A stretch of DNA of 64,000 bases from a virus. Under the pieces are notes generated by a model. The model was not told the origin of the DNA. It ran no database searches and was given only the letters and a program-made list of their open reading frames with translations. Positions 12,201-21,135 of this stretch are shown one piece after another. Numbering within the stretch: the stretch's first letter is position 1; every line of letters begins with the position of its first letter. Both the position numbers and the translations under genes were made by a program. The stretch spans positions 68,027 through 132,026 of the IMG/VR virus record IMGVR_UViG_3300027795_000039. The stretch is one strand, 5' to 3'.

Positions 12201-12558
12201 CCTGCACCCCCACCACGGGGTGAACATCATTGTCAGCGCTACGGATTCGCTTCCGGAATTCCTTAACCCGCTTACCCTGGTGACTCGCTGCCCACGAGTT
12301 CACATCATCCCAGTCAACTCGGTCCAGTGGAATCTCAACTGGACCAATCCACGGGATGGTGCGCACCCAGTTAATACTATTGGGTGGGTAATTTGCGAGT
12401 AGCTGCTGGTAAACGTGCTCGGCCTCGACCGGATTCGGGTCGTGGAGGTTGGCAGCGTTTTTATGCAGTTCATTACCGTTGAAGGAACCATAATCAAACG
12501 ATACCGCGGCATCGTGATGCCAGTTTCCAAGAACACGTGATACATCAAGAGTTGTCAC
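6277..12558 (-). CDS. 2093-aa polyvalent protein: ParB/Srx-like domain, GYIHG tag, helical repeats, C-terminal ART-like toxin
   Basis: GTG 12558 overlaps the upstream stop, GAGGA upstream; IVDGHHRALA; KVGKEGYIHGYICVRPPC; LHRAM..RPLSSWS..KEREWVV. Confidence 0.88.
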   Translation of the reverse strand: MTTLDVSRVLGNWHHDAAVSFDYGSFNGNELHKNAANLHDPNPVEAEHVYQQLLANYPPNSINWVRTIPWIGPVEIPLDRVDWDDVNSWAASHQGKRVKEFRKRIRSADNDVHPVVGVQVPGDDRLKIVDGHHRALAYRKENRPVKAYVGFVPSDNENSPWFQTHDYQISNGQASANKFIKISGHSTGSAAVMYDILKPVPELSPDDVVKLPTVWEFVTKNITAGAVAGSGAVSGLVPYDLVGQQENDEEPEEEDNRDDDAPGNWEPVSFARKNAAGKIIIRLAHLIKVGKEGYIHGYICVRPPCGPQYSEAVFNTKNGKVLAGDGTQIGALRKNADGTYSMTHHGADGKKVKLGGTFANRADAAKSAVLYHNVSVLNDRAKEPDASDEAADHLEKAKTALAAGDHVTAGVELTKAEEAANLFFKPNKLLQTHIHDTGLALSDAPKPLNAPAVSAPAGKTKDQIASEEALQALKDKLAAKPVEPVAVDKNSPDYLWDKGLMTSEEYYQETGKLPSDVSPEDFKDTYGYIPGESSVNDKAYKDAIEQLTGQVPPLENWTAHEHLTNAYAAVNTGDYDKASTKLAAAAVALNAQGEHDVASQAMTIGTSLEAGKVKPDAYMAQWEKDLLGEPDEAAGEAIKPASAPSVSPIDAALAQSALPQKIAAIHDLSSDEAVKDYLTSAAASLVSGDHNVAGELLTQAGNGTHDMALAHAMYQLSNEAFHSSDVAHPVKPKVKLKPDINTNAYMDAISQTQDHIASSDADDHLTLAYDALGAGNTTNAVEHLSDATSVLYASSNKDDIMNASKVQQIHDALLGKKVKPAAHLVDQSVANWEPDPSKSLADNLASLSQVTTDPVAAAHLNEASAHLVDGKEAVAAASLDKVKSDAVMTGDIDLLNHTISFENQLKNSPAIPAKSPAIDTNAYQNAIADINNNASNIQANGHLTDAYLALNTGNIDDVKEHLQGAIDAFNGDGDLANSNKVSLLQDALTAGKPVPDVSAVTGAGSPDFGNEINDIDGLTLFSGDPHADQVLGAIKTALQAGDGAKALDLLSDAKYEFDVDGYPGAEIADLHDSVYEKLNPPIGKLPAVVNPVNVPKLKKLKAADLSSVKNDISAAQNSFMPGSGSYNKLDVISAKLSDGDTQGALDSLHELSDSLDDYGSSDEAEAVKAIHAKISAAAGLGSASKVPKLKQADVEAIHLAIVKAQNDFAAHTSNDKLLESAKSKLVAGDSHGALSDLQSVIDNADTYDESTLSKLQIAHDKLSTAAGLTKAPKKPKNLKSADAKAVYDSITAAQNNPDLAFGLVGQTILNNAKAKVLANDTPGALSHLQEIIDATDDDKKIAAMQAIHNKLSVAAGLKKVPKKLKSADVESAQASIATAKASLPFLADEKDTLDAVSSQLTDGNTQGALDSLHGILDDLHDILDQYVTDGVNTNTTDKQINAIQAIHDKISVAAGLKKASEVKPETPYTVQLAHGLASQIADATKNAESLIPGSSGMVASLRDSDAVAAQLKAGKAADVIRSARKLDISLADASKYAYGDTKNKITAARAGLKKSLAALEKQHDKDLSFESFGDRAAKLRADLENTHIASYYKAQYKGMLSQAAKLHDEGNVSEAESRLRNLAKVMNGKYAGDDSKSFSPDVKKLADSIKVKPAAAEKLTAEEAPGQFTSARVGDIGSSIAEGYMATGNKVTGKSVDTSDAGKYKNNAAHLIADEMSSVSTQDMAKMAGGNNDNSRLPNSLVNSIAKEGISAVSVHHSADVFNEPGNYFSANANKSRPIVEDLLNRLQNKNTVPADVRQDLAKPETQELLAASGLPLSQRQVLAAIGSSKGIVTSSYGSVGYKPFSTYSNTPSEKLKVADEADVARKLLSAYLADLAPDKNEPFTAEDERHLRAELVSSAIEVWKQTSNDSHLGALGVQRAAADEFGLPSAKKWAAETGDLQTQVDKYYNDNQAALREFVRAQYNVTQRELKKAGITSVTLHRAMGFDANNEIPNWLKTNLDPSGSHFNPKLKPAGSTADVAESDWRPLSSWSHASGEAGKFYGYGSSGVQVAASVPANLIMSTPRTGNGCLKEREWVVMAAPGQVKIEKSKG
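8190..9270 (-). repeat. four ~85-aa helical repeats inside the 2093-aa protein
   Basis: KLK.ADV...I..AQ....KL..GDTQGAL..L......AIH.K.S.AAGL occurs four times; boundaries approximate. Confidence 0.7.
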
Positions 12559-13303
12559 GTGGCACTTCCTCAACCGTGATAACACGCAGATTAGGATAAT
12601 CGTGGTGGTTTTCATTGGAGACCACGGTAAACTTACCGGATGGTGCCACGTACTCCGACTGGTATGCGTACTTCGGGTCACCATACCAGCTAACCGGGAG
12701 TGCGTGAATTCCAGTGATATTCCTGAGCATGACGTTACTGAGATCGCTTGAACCGGTTGGATCACTTAGCTCACTTGACTGAGAAAACAGGTGAGCGACG
12801 CGCTCATCACTCGACCATGAAGCACTGTTATCAGTCGTAATTGTATCACCTGGTCTCAAGTTTTTCACCTGGTCAATCACGGCTTTTCGTTCGTCATAAT
12901 CAGAATCACCGTTGCTCGTGTGAATACCGCGGTACAACGGTTTTTTCGTCACGTATGGCGAGCGCTTAACCACGTGCTCAACATTCAACAAATCCTGGTC
13001 ACCAACAGCACTACCAGCGTATTGAGTGCGTTTCATGATTCCACGTTTAACACTGGTTTCATCTGGATCATCATCGCGCAGTTTATCGAGATGTGAGATA
13101 CGACTTGCGATGTCAGTCGCTTTTTTATCATCAAAACCATGACGTGTGACTGGAACAGCATCACCCGGACCAACATTGATCCATCCGTGGATATACCCTT
13201 CAGGACCTACCTTTACCAGCTCACCGACTGAAACAGACACGCGAAAACCGGCCACGGCTCGCGGGATTCTGATATCTCGTACCGCAACAGCCATGGCCGG
13301 CAC
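12545..13303 (-). CDS. single tagged ADP-ribosyltransferase
   Basis: KVGPEGYIHGWINVG then PLYRG..ASWSS..YQSEY; the start could be 13294. Confidence 0.82.
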   Translation of the reverse strand: MPAMAVAVRDIRIPRAVAGFRVSVSVGELVKVGPEGYIHGWINVGPGDAVPVTRHGFDDKKATDIASRISHLDKLRDDDPDETSVKRGIMKRTQYAGSAVGDQDLLNVEHVVKRSPYVTKKPLYRGIHTSNGDSDYDERKAVIDQVKNLRPGDTITTDNSASWSSDERVAHLFSQSSELSDPTGSSDLSNVMLRNITGIHALPVSWYGDPKYAYQSEYVAPSGKFTVVSNENHHDYPNLRVITVEEVPRDNS

Positions 13304-13364
13304 CCTACCTTTTATCCAGTTTTCGGGTTACTCGCGCGTTAAAGTGCTAAGCGGTAAAACGATA

Positions 13365-13889
13365 TCACGTAGTTGGTGGCTGGTCCTCAGCCGTTCCCTC
13401 GGTGATAACGAGACCAGTTGCAGCCGATGATACGACGGTAAGCGCGTCCGTGGCCGTTAGCGCGGGGGTCGTCGTCGCATCCGTGACGGTGATCGTCGCG
13501 ATGCCATCAGTTCCTGCCACACACAGGCAGGAGAGCCCATCAGCTGATGGGGTAATCGTGATTACCGCTGTGTTATCCACGGACCAGGTGAGAGTGTCAC
13601 CAGTAACGGGCTGGCCCTTTGAGTCCTGCTCGGCGACGGTAAGAGTTACCTGCTGAAGGTCGGTGAGCTGCACGGTATTCCCCTTCGTGATGGTTGGCAT
13701 GCCCGGACCATCCGGTGCAGCCTGGGTGTAAGTGGTTGAATCATGAGCGAGAGTGAGGATAGCGGGGCCTTCTAGCCACCGGTAAAACACAGTCGCAGCG
13801 TTGGTGATGTCACTCGCGTTAAGCAAGTTTTGTGGAACCGTGGCTTGCACGGCGAGTTCCAGCGCCAGCGCGCGGTTTTCGGCGGTCAC
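13365..13889 (-). CDS. Ig-like (Big_2-type) domain protein, possible capsid decoration
   Basis: VTLTVAEQDSKGQPV..TLTWSVDNTAVITIT...GIATITVTD. Confidence 0.7.
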   Translation of the reverse strand: MTAENRALALELAVQATVPQNLLNASDITNAATVFYRWLEGPAILTLAHDSTTYTQAAPDGPGMPTITKGNTVQLTDLQQVTLTVAEQDSKGQPVTGDTLTWSVDNTAVITITPSADGLSCLCVAGTDGIATITVTDATTTPALTATDALTVVSSAATGLVITEGTAEDQPPTT

Positions 13890-13968
13890 TGACTTATCGT
13901 CACCTTTCCTACCTTGCCACCTTGCCCTGGCATGTTATTATTTTATCGTATTCACAGCGATAAAAACA

Positions 13969-14199
13969 CTACTGAGAACGTGCATCATATTCAGCTGATG
14001 CCTCTCGAATAGCTGCTTCATTATCAGGCCGTATTATCGCGTTACTAAATATTCCACTCGGCTCATCCCAGTAACCACGTGCCAGGATAGACGTGACTGG
14101 CAGGATTGTTGAGCCATCTGGTCCTCGCAGCATTCCACAGCTGAGATCATTATCACCGATGAGCTGGGCACCATCATCTCTTACCGCGAGAATTTTCAT
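13969..14199 (-). CDS. small protein following the DUF3626-like domain; possible immunity protein
   Basis: 76 aa with SILARGYW motif, starting 3 nt after the upstream stop. Confidence 0.6.
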   Translation of the reverse strand: MKILAVRDDGAQLIGDNDLSCGMLRGPDGSTILPVTSILARGYWDEPSGIFSNAIIRPDNEAAIREASAEYDARSQ

Positions 14200-14202
14200 T
14201 AT

Positions 14203-17200
14203 TTATGTACCACTCGCTTTGAATCCACCGAGTTGATCGTAATTAGGCATATTTGGCTTTACTACTTCGGAACCAGCTACTTGTACCGGTGTCTCACGTG
14301 ATTTTACACCAGCTTTTTGCAATGCTGCCAAACCTTTTTCTAGCCGCAATTGCACCGTTGTCATTTTTTGAAGATCTTTTTTATCTTGATCCTCCACGTA
14401 CGCACCTCCACCACCTGTGTACGTGGCAACACTGATGTGAAATTCTGCGATTTTATCATTTGTGTGCGCCAGATCTTCCTGCGTTACTTCCAGCGCGCGT
14501 GATTTCTCTTCTGATGTCGCGGCCGGATCTTTAGCGATGGTTATGGCATTCCAGACCTTCCATGGAATACCGCGTTTAGTTAGCTTATCGGTAAGAGATT
14601 GTGGCGGTTTTTTATCAAACAACACGTGGTCAATGTCATCAGGCGTAAGTGGTCGTGCCTTACCATCTGATGAGTGAACCTGCACTTCATTGTACGCATG
14701 CTGACGGAAGTTGGGACTAGTGTAATCACGATTCATACCACGTAGTCCACGTGCTTGCATGATGCCATGTTTGTAGGTAGATTTTCCTGGCTCAATGATA
14801 CTCGGTGTACCTTTATCATATGCAGCGAATGACCGCGTATCCGGATCCAGCATCCGCGATGGCATGCTGGCTTCACTGTTGTTCAGCGAGTCACCAACGT
14901 TGAATGTCGCATGTTGCTTAACCGCGTCCTTCAGCACCACCTGCGTGGTACCAAATGAAGAAAGCTGGTCGGTGTTAAAGCCAAACCAATCGTTTACACC
15001 AACGCCAGCTGGCCGATCCACCCCATCAGTCACGTAGCCATACACCGGACGAAGAGATGGGTCCATGTTTTCCGGGTAACCAAACCACGTCCTCTCAAAC
15101 ACCGCACGGGTGTGATTGGACTTAAGTGCCTGTGATTTATTTGTCTCAAACTGCGTTTTGAACGCGTTGTCATCGAGGATGTGCTCAAGGCCAGGGTTGG
15201 TAACGCGAGTGGCAATATGATGAGATGCGATACCGCGTAGCTCTTCACGCATCTTCTCATCCGCGGCTTCAGGCGTAAGGCCGGCCTCAGCTGCAACGGT
15301 CGCGCGCTGCTCCTCATTTGATGCAAGCAACGCGGCCTTTTGTCGTACACTCATGTTGGCATCAAAGTCATTTTCATCGATACCGCTCTCGCGTAGCACA
15401 TCAGGGATGGTTCGCGGTGCGTAACCAAGGTCACCTGGGTTCATCGAGAGGTTGCCATCGCGGATCGCGCCAGCTTGGTACTTCAGATAATACGCGCGTT
15501 CCCTATCCGCTGGATCCGCGCTCTTATCGAGCGTGTTTGCTTCATGATCCAGCCGATTGGCCTCGTTTACCAACTCGACAGCCTCGTGTGGCGGATCAGC
15601 GCTGATGGGGGCAACAGATTTTACTGCTGGTTCAACTGGTTTTATTATCTCAGAGCCAGGAACCTGCACTGGCTTAATCTCATTCGTTTCTTCTGGCGTA
15701 AGAGCCCGAAGTGTTATATGACGAGTTGGCACACGACCAACGAGCGGCACGTGCTGGTCACGCAATTCATCTTTCTCGATGACGTATTGCTGTCCACGTG
15801 GAATCGTGTATTCGCCTTCATCTTCATCTTCAGGAAGATTACCTGTTACACTTCTTGCATCGAGAGCCTTCGTGCCGGCTGGCATAAGAATATGAAGCAT
15901 TGCATGATCAGAACTTACTTCACCACTACGCCCGAAACCTGCTGCAACCTCATCAAAAGCAGAAGCTGAATTATAACCTGAATCAGAATACACCTTACCG
16001 GTGTGACTGTCAACATCCCCGAAGAAGCTGTTAGCGTTAGCGATGCCGCGACTTAGTTGAACATCCTTTGGAAATGCAGGAGTTTTACTAAACGCAGAAT
16101 CTATCAAACTAATTTTCGTTCGCGCATCTTGAGCGGTAGGACCTTGTGTTATTGCTGAATTACGTAGGTAACTATTTACTTGCTTGTATCCATTTAGGTA
16201 AAAATCATCGAGATTATTTTTTTCAGCTGGTGTCAAGTTTTTTGCGCGGCCATATGTTGCATCTTGAAGAGCATCACCGGTTATCGCATCTTGTAGTCGT
16301 TTATCGACTGAAACTGATGCATCTGGTTTTGATGCCTTTGAATCAGGAACCTGCACTGAATTACCAGCACGTGATATGACTCGCGCTTGAACGTGCAGTT
16401 GCCCATCATCATCTTTGTGAACACCGGTAACCGTGTATTTAGTTCCACGATCCAAGACCAGTTCACCCGCACCACCGTGACCAGGCAATGCATGAGTACC
16501 AGCCGGTACGTTCATGCTCAAAACAGCATTGTTTTTACCAGCTTGACCTGGCACCAAACCTTGCTGTTTCGCCCAGTCCTCAGCCCACTGTTTACTAGCT
16601 GAGGTTGACATGTACCCTGGATCAATTACCTCATCACCGACACGTGGTTCTTTACCCGGCTCAACAGTAATAGCACGGTGTACCATCGCATCGTATGATG
16701 TTGTACTCTTCGCCATGGCACCATCGAGGTTATCCATGATGTCTTGGGCGGCATCACTTCTCGGTGCACCATTACGCAGACTCGCATTCAACCTGCGTGC
16801 GGTGTTCGGCAGCGTATACTGACTGCGTGCCCATTCCTCATCAGAAGTAAGCGGTGAGCTCAGCGTGGTTTTTACTGGTTCAACGAGTGACGGTTCAATT
16901 TCACCAGTTAGCGCGGTATCGCTTGGCTTCGGCTCAACCGCGTTTTCACCACTCAGCCCCGTTCGGATGTGGTCTGCATGAGATGCCAGCCCATCATCAC
17001 CACCTGCTCGCGCGACATTCGCCGCATCTCGGAGTGATGACGTCGCACCATCCACATCGCCAGCTGCCAACGCGTCGCGGGCACTCGCTACCGCATCTCT
17101 CGCCTCACCAGGCTGCATCTCACCGTGCATCGCGCTCAGGTCATGGTACGGTACCACGGTCATCGCAGCTTCGCCACGGTTCGCGTACGTGCCACCGAGC

Positions 17201-20200
17201 CTGGTCTTGGTACCGTCTGCCGCGAGGTGTGTGACTGAGAACGTGCCGTCCTTGTTCTTGTAGAGCTTACCGATGCGGGTGTCACCGTGGATGACCGCGC
17301 CGGCCTTGCTGTCGAACTTGGCTTCCGTGTACTGTGGACCGCATGGCGGACGAACGCAGATGTAACCGTGTATGTAGCCTTCTTTACCAACCTTCAACAA
17401 AGTGGCTTTGGTATCAAACTCTTTAACTGTCTTATCACTCAAACGAACTGAAGTCTCACCGGGTTTCAACGGCAGGACGACAGCTTCTGATTCCTGGTAT
17501 GTACCGAAGCCAGTTGGTGGCAGTGAGAAGATTCGCTCGGCTGGGATGCTCTCATGCCGGTTTCCGCCGGTATTGCTCTCACGCGTCCAGCCGGACATGG
17601 TTGACCATGATGTCCACGGGCGTGTTTTATCCCATTCTTCACCACGTGAGGCACGGTATGCTTCTACGTTTTTAATACCGTTATTTTTCAACCACTCCTG
17701 CGTTGTGGCGTACATCGCATCGCCGATGGCGTGAGCGGCACGCTGAACTGCAGGACGAGCGGCAATGTAATCATTAGTTCGAGTTTCGTCATCAGTGAGC
17801 TGGTACGATCTTCCTAGCCGACTTGCGACATGTGAGATCATCGCTACCTGCGCTGGTCCACCACTTGAACCACGCCAGCTGTTAAGGTACCCATCAACAA
17901 CAGCTCGTTTTAGCTCATCACCAGACAGGTTATCAACATCATGCCGGCCGTCCTCAGCTGCCAACGCGTGAAGATCCTCATCTGAGGCGTTCAAATGAGC
18001 GGCTACATCCGCAGCAGTTTGCTGGTACGACTTAGCAAATTCTCTGGTGTCATTTGACACGGAGAAGTCATTTTTATCAAGGCGTGTAAGTGATTCCGGT
18101 TGACCGCTGTTGTAACGAGCAATTCGAGATGTATTTACAATCATCCGGTTAATACGATCCGCATCACTATCCAACCTGTCACGCGTCAAACTGTCACGCG
18201 CTGCAGCAAGCTGTGTCATCATGTCATCATAATGACCAGCTTCACCGTGTTTGATGGCGTCATCGATGAGTGGTACGGCTTCATAGCCTTGTGCTGGGCC
18301 GTAGTCATCCGCGGGAATGGAGGTAACGGGGTTAGTCTTAAGCCGTGAGATAACGTCACGCGCTGGACCAGCTATGTCTTTACCAGAAATTTTACCGGCA
18401 TCAAATTTATCGTCGATGTTACCAGGTCCGACTTTAATCCACCCGTGGATGTAACCCTCAGGGCCTACTTTGGTTACACTTGGTTCCACTGCAGTGTCGT
18501 GAGAGCCTGTGGGTGTGGCTTTGTCCTCGGATATGACCGAGGCTATTCGCTTCTGGTTCCTGCCATCAGCTTGCTTTTCAGCGAGTGGTGTATCTGATAG
18601 CCGCTGGATAGACACGATACCAGTACCGGGTGCTGGCGCGATAACCACCATCTCACTTTCACGCACCATGCCAAAACCTGATCTCGGATATGACAAGATC
18701 TGGCTTACTGGTACAGTAGCGCTCATGATGACGGCGACAGAAGAGTCAGTGTGATCACTTCCGGCGAACTGGTTCGCATAAGCAACACTAGTTGACCACG
18801 ATGACAAAGGTGCGAATTGCGGAGACTTAACGGTTCTTTGTTCTTTAACACTGCTATCACTTGCCCAAGCTGGTGGCACCATCCAATGAAAACCACGATG
18901 AAGCACTACATGAGTGATCCCTTTTTTAGCGAAATCAGCTTGAGTTAGCTCATGCTGCGCCCGCAGAAATGACTGCCATGTACCAAGTGAGCCCTGGTCT
19001 TCGACGGTAATTGGCTTTGACGACAGCGCGGAATTGCCGAGGCTGAATTCACGGCGCGCAGCTTCCTGTACCACATCACGTTTAGATGCCAATGACCAGC
19101 TAAAAAGCATCTGGAACAGGCTTTCTTGCCTGATCGCGCTGTCCATGCCACCATCAGCAGCTGAGTGCCATTCTTTAACTACTGTGTACTTTCCCCGTGG
19201 TGAATGACTTTCTGTTTTACGCTGGTCAGCTGGCTTTCCACGTGCGATTGTTACATGGCCATACTTTTTATCTACCCAGTAACTGTATTCATCTGGGTTA
19301 GCAATCGCTTCATTATAGCGGTCTGCCGGCAAATTTGCGGCGCTAAGCAAATTCTCGGTAGAACTTGGCACCTTGTTAACGAGACGCTTAGCCGCGCGTC
19401 GTGTCATCGGATCAGAGTCGTAAACGTCGCTGTCCTTTAGGCTGATCATGCCTCCAGCCGTGACATCTGTTTTATGCGGGTCATTGTAAGCGCCACTTAG
19501 CCTACCACTTAGTATTCGCGTTACACCACTAAAAGACGCGGACATCGTACCATCATCTGATGAGCTGGTAATAATGCCACTACCAAGTATCGGATGGCTA
19601 ACCTCATCACCGACTTTTCCACATGGAGGCCTTACACACACCCAGCCGTGGATGTAGCCTTCCTTGCCTACCTTTGCCAGGTCCGGCCGGACAGTGCTGT
19701 CGAGAGAGTCATCCCGCGGAGCTTCGTCCTCGGGTACCTGTTTCCGTACCTGCTTCTGGCTCTTTCCACCGGCTGGTTTCGCACCAACGGTGCTCGGTGG
19801 CACACCTCGCTTGCCACCTGGGCTGCTTTCCGGTGACTGCGGTTGTGGCTGGCTCGCTGGCCAGTAACCGTCCATCGCCTGCGGCCCGGTGGGGAATGCC
19901 GCGTGAGGACGTTCCGACCTGACACGTCCCGCGTCTGGGTACATGCCGTCGTCGCCATCATCAGGCGCGGTCATGATACGTGGCTGTGGTGACGAGCCAT
20001 CCCAGCGTGGTGGTTCTGCACCAGCGGTGAAACCGGGAACACCGCCAGGTACCGGTGGCATTTGCATGGCACCGCCGCCTGCAGCTGGTGGCGCCTGGTC
20101 CTGGATGTCTTGCCAGGTTTCCTGACCATTCAGGTCTACCTGACGGCGAAGTTGCTTCGAGACAGCCGAGGTATCCGGCACAATTGATGCGTCGAAAAAC

Positions 20201-21135
20201 TGGCCTGATGGGTCAACCGAGTCAATCCGGAACGCGGTACCACGTGGCAGGACGTATTCACCCATGCCCTCACTTACTTGGAGAGCGTGAGTGCCAGCTG
20301 GTGCGTGAATCCGCATGATTCCCGGTATGCCACCGTTACCACTGGTGTTAACTGGTAGTGCTGGACTGTGACCGGTGCTACGAAACTCACTGAATGCCTT
20401 CGCCCAATGGGCTGATGATGACGTGGAAACAAATGACTTATCTGAGAATGTAGCACCGGGACGGAAGTCTGCCGCCCGGTGTGGTGAGATTGATACACCG
20501 CGGTACAAATGCGTGTCTTCGGTTAGCGTGGCATGATGAATGAGGTTGTCGAGTATCTTCATATCATCACGGAATCCAGTAAGGCGCCTGTCATCAGGGT
20601 CGTAATGGTTTCTGATGCCGCTGAGGTCATCTTTACGAAGCGCTTTGGACATGGCATCGTTGAACTTCGGTGACACGTACCGGTCAACCGTATATTGTTC
20701 ATACTTAGAACGTGACGGTTCCGAGTATGGTAGTTGTGGTGCCTTCCGGCTTTCCTGCAGCTTGGCACGCTCAGCTGGATCTTTCGGAAATTCTTTCGTC
20801 CACCGACCATCACGATCACGAAGTTCAGCATCCCACCAGTCACCTTTACCGCCACCCCACCACTTCTTCTCCGCAGTGAATGGTTGTGCGATATCAACAT
20901 CATCATCGGTCCACGTAAATCGCGGTGCATAACCAGCAAGCTGGTTAACGTCTGGTTCTGGAGCGGTTACCAAATCGTCATCATCGAGATCACTTGGCAC
21001 GTTGATAAGCATGCCTGATGGCATCATAGCCAATTCAGCTGTTAGCTTAACCCACACCTCATGCTTCGAGTTATCGACAACTGGTGACATACTACCCATT
21101 ATAACACCGCTCAACACCCGTGTCGCGATGCTCAT
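14203..21135 (-). CDS. 2310-aa polyvalent protein: three GYIHG tags, five ART-like domains, C-terminal DUF3626-like domain
   Basis: ATGA overlap at 21135; three VIP2-like domains (LYRG..FVSTS..GEY; VHRA..YMSTS..GEL; LSRG..YNSAS..EGEY); two SSWS/TSWS-type ARTs; FKTQFET..RPVYG..GDS..YNEVQVH. Confidence 0.88.
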   Translation of the reverse strand: MSIATRVLSGVIMGSMSPVVDNSKHEVWVKLTAELAMMPSGMLINVPSDLDDDDLVTAPEPDVNQLAGYAPRFTWTDDDVDIAQPFTAEKKWWGGGKGDWWDAELRDRDGRWTKEFPKDPAERAKLQESRKAPQLPYSEPSRSKYEQYTVDRYVSPKFNDAMSKALRKDDLSGIRNHYDPDDRRLTGFRDDMKILDNLIHHATLTEDTHLYRGVSISPHRAADFRPGATFSDKSFVSTSSSAHWAKAFSEFRSTGHSPALPVNTSGNGGIPGIMRIHAPAGTHALQVSEGMGEYVLPRGTAFRIDSVDPSGQFFDASIVPDTSAVSKQLRRQVDLNGQETWQDIQDQAPPAAGGGAMQMPPVPGGVPGFTAGAEPPRWDGSSPQPRIMTAPDDGDDGMYPDAGRVRSERPHAAFPTGPQAMDGYWPASQPQPQSPESSPGGKRGVPPSTVGAKPAGGKSQKQVRKQVPEDEAPRDDSLDSTVRPDLAKVGKEGYIHGWVCVRPPCGKVGDEVSHPILGSGIITSSSDDGTMSASFSGVTRILSGRLSGAYNDPHKTDVTAGGMISLKDSDVYDSDPMTRRAAKRLVNKVPSSTENLLSAANLPADRYNEAIANPDEYSYWVDKKYGHVTIARGKPADQRKTESHSPRGKYTVVKEWHSAADGGMDSAIRQESLFQMLFSWSLASKRDVVQEAARREFSLGNSALSSKPITVEDQGSLGTWQSFLRAQHELTQADFAKKGITHVVLHRGFHWMVPPAWASDSSVKEQRTVKSPQFAPLSSWSTSVAYANQFAGSDHTDSSVAVIMSATVPVSQILSYPRSGFGMVRESEMVVIAPAPGTGIVSIQRLSDTPLAEKQADGRNQKRIASVISEDKATPTGSHDTAVEPSVTKVGPEGYIHGWIKVGPGNIDDKFDAGKISGKDIAGPARDVISRLKTNPVTSIPADDYGPAQGYEAVPLIDDAIKHGEAGHYDDMMTQLAAARDSLTRDRLDSDADRINRMIVNTSRIARYNSGQPESLTRLDKNDFSVSNDTREFAKSYQQTAADVAAHLNASDEDLHALAAEDGRHDVDNLSGDELKRAVVDGYLNSWRGSSGGPAQVAMISHVASRLGRSYQLTDDETRTNDYIAARPAVQRAAHAIGDAMYATTQEWLKNNGIKNVEAYRASRGEEWDKTRPWTSWSTMSGWTRESNTGGNRHESIPAERIFSLPPTGFGTYQESEAVVLPLKPGETSVRLSDKTVKEFDTKATLLKVGKEGYIHGYICVRPPCGPQYTEAKFDSKAGAVIHGDTRIGKLYKNKDGTFSVTHLAADGTKTRLGGTYANRGEAAMTVVPYHDLSAMHGEMQPGEARDAVASARDALAAGDVDGATSSLRDAANVARAGGDDGLASHADHIRTGLSGENAVEPKPSDTALTGEIEPSLVEPVKTTLSSPLTSDEEWARSQYTLPNTARRLNASLRNGAPRSDAAQDIMDNLDGAMAKSTTSYDAMVHRAITVEPGKEPRVGDEVIDPGYMSTSASKQWAEDWAKQQGLVPGQAGKNNAVLSMNVPAGTHALPGHGGAGELVLDRGTKYTVTGVHKDDDGQLHVQARVISRAGNSVQVPDSKASKPDASVSVDKRLQDAITGDALQDATYGRAKNLTPAEKNNLDDFYLNGYKQVNSYLRNSAITQGPTAQDARTKISLIDSAFSKTPAFPKDVQLSRGIANANSFFGDVDSHTGKVYSDSGYNSASAFDEVAAGFGRSGEVSSDHAMLHILMPAGTKALDARSVTGNLPEDEDEGEYTIPRGQQYVIEKDELRDQHVPLVGRVPTRHITLRALTPEETNEIKPVQVPGSEIIKPVEPAVKSVAPISADPPHEAVELVNEANRLDHEANTLDKSADPADRERAYYLKYQAGAIRDGNLSMNPGDLGYAPRTIPDVLRESGIDENDFDANMSVRQKAALLASNEEQRATVAAEAGLTPEAADEKMREELRGIASHHIATRVTNPGLEHILDDNAFKTQFETNKSQALKSNHTRAVFERTWFGYPENMDPSLRPVYGYVTDGVDRPAGVGVNDWFGFNTDQLSSFGTTQVVLKDAVKQHATFNVGDSLNNSEASMPSRMLDPDTRSFAAYDKGTPSIIEPGKSTYKHGIMQARGLRGMNRDYTSPNFRQHAYNEVQVHSSDGKARPLTPDDIDHVLFDKKPPQSLTDKLTKRGIPWKVWNAITIAKDPAATSEEKSRALEVTQEDLAHTNDKIAEFHISVATYTGGGGAYVEDQDKKDLQKMTTVQLRLEKGLAALQKAGVKSRETPVQVAGSEVVKPNMPNYDQLGGFKASGT

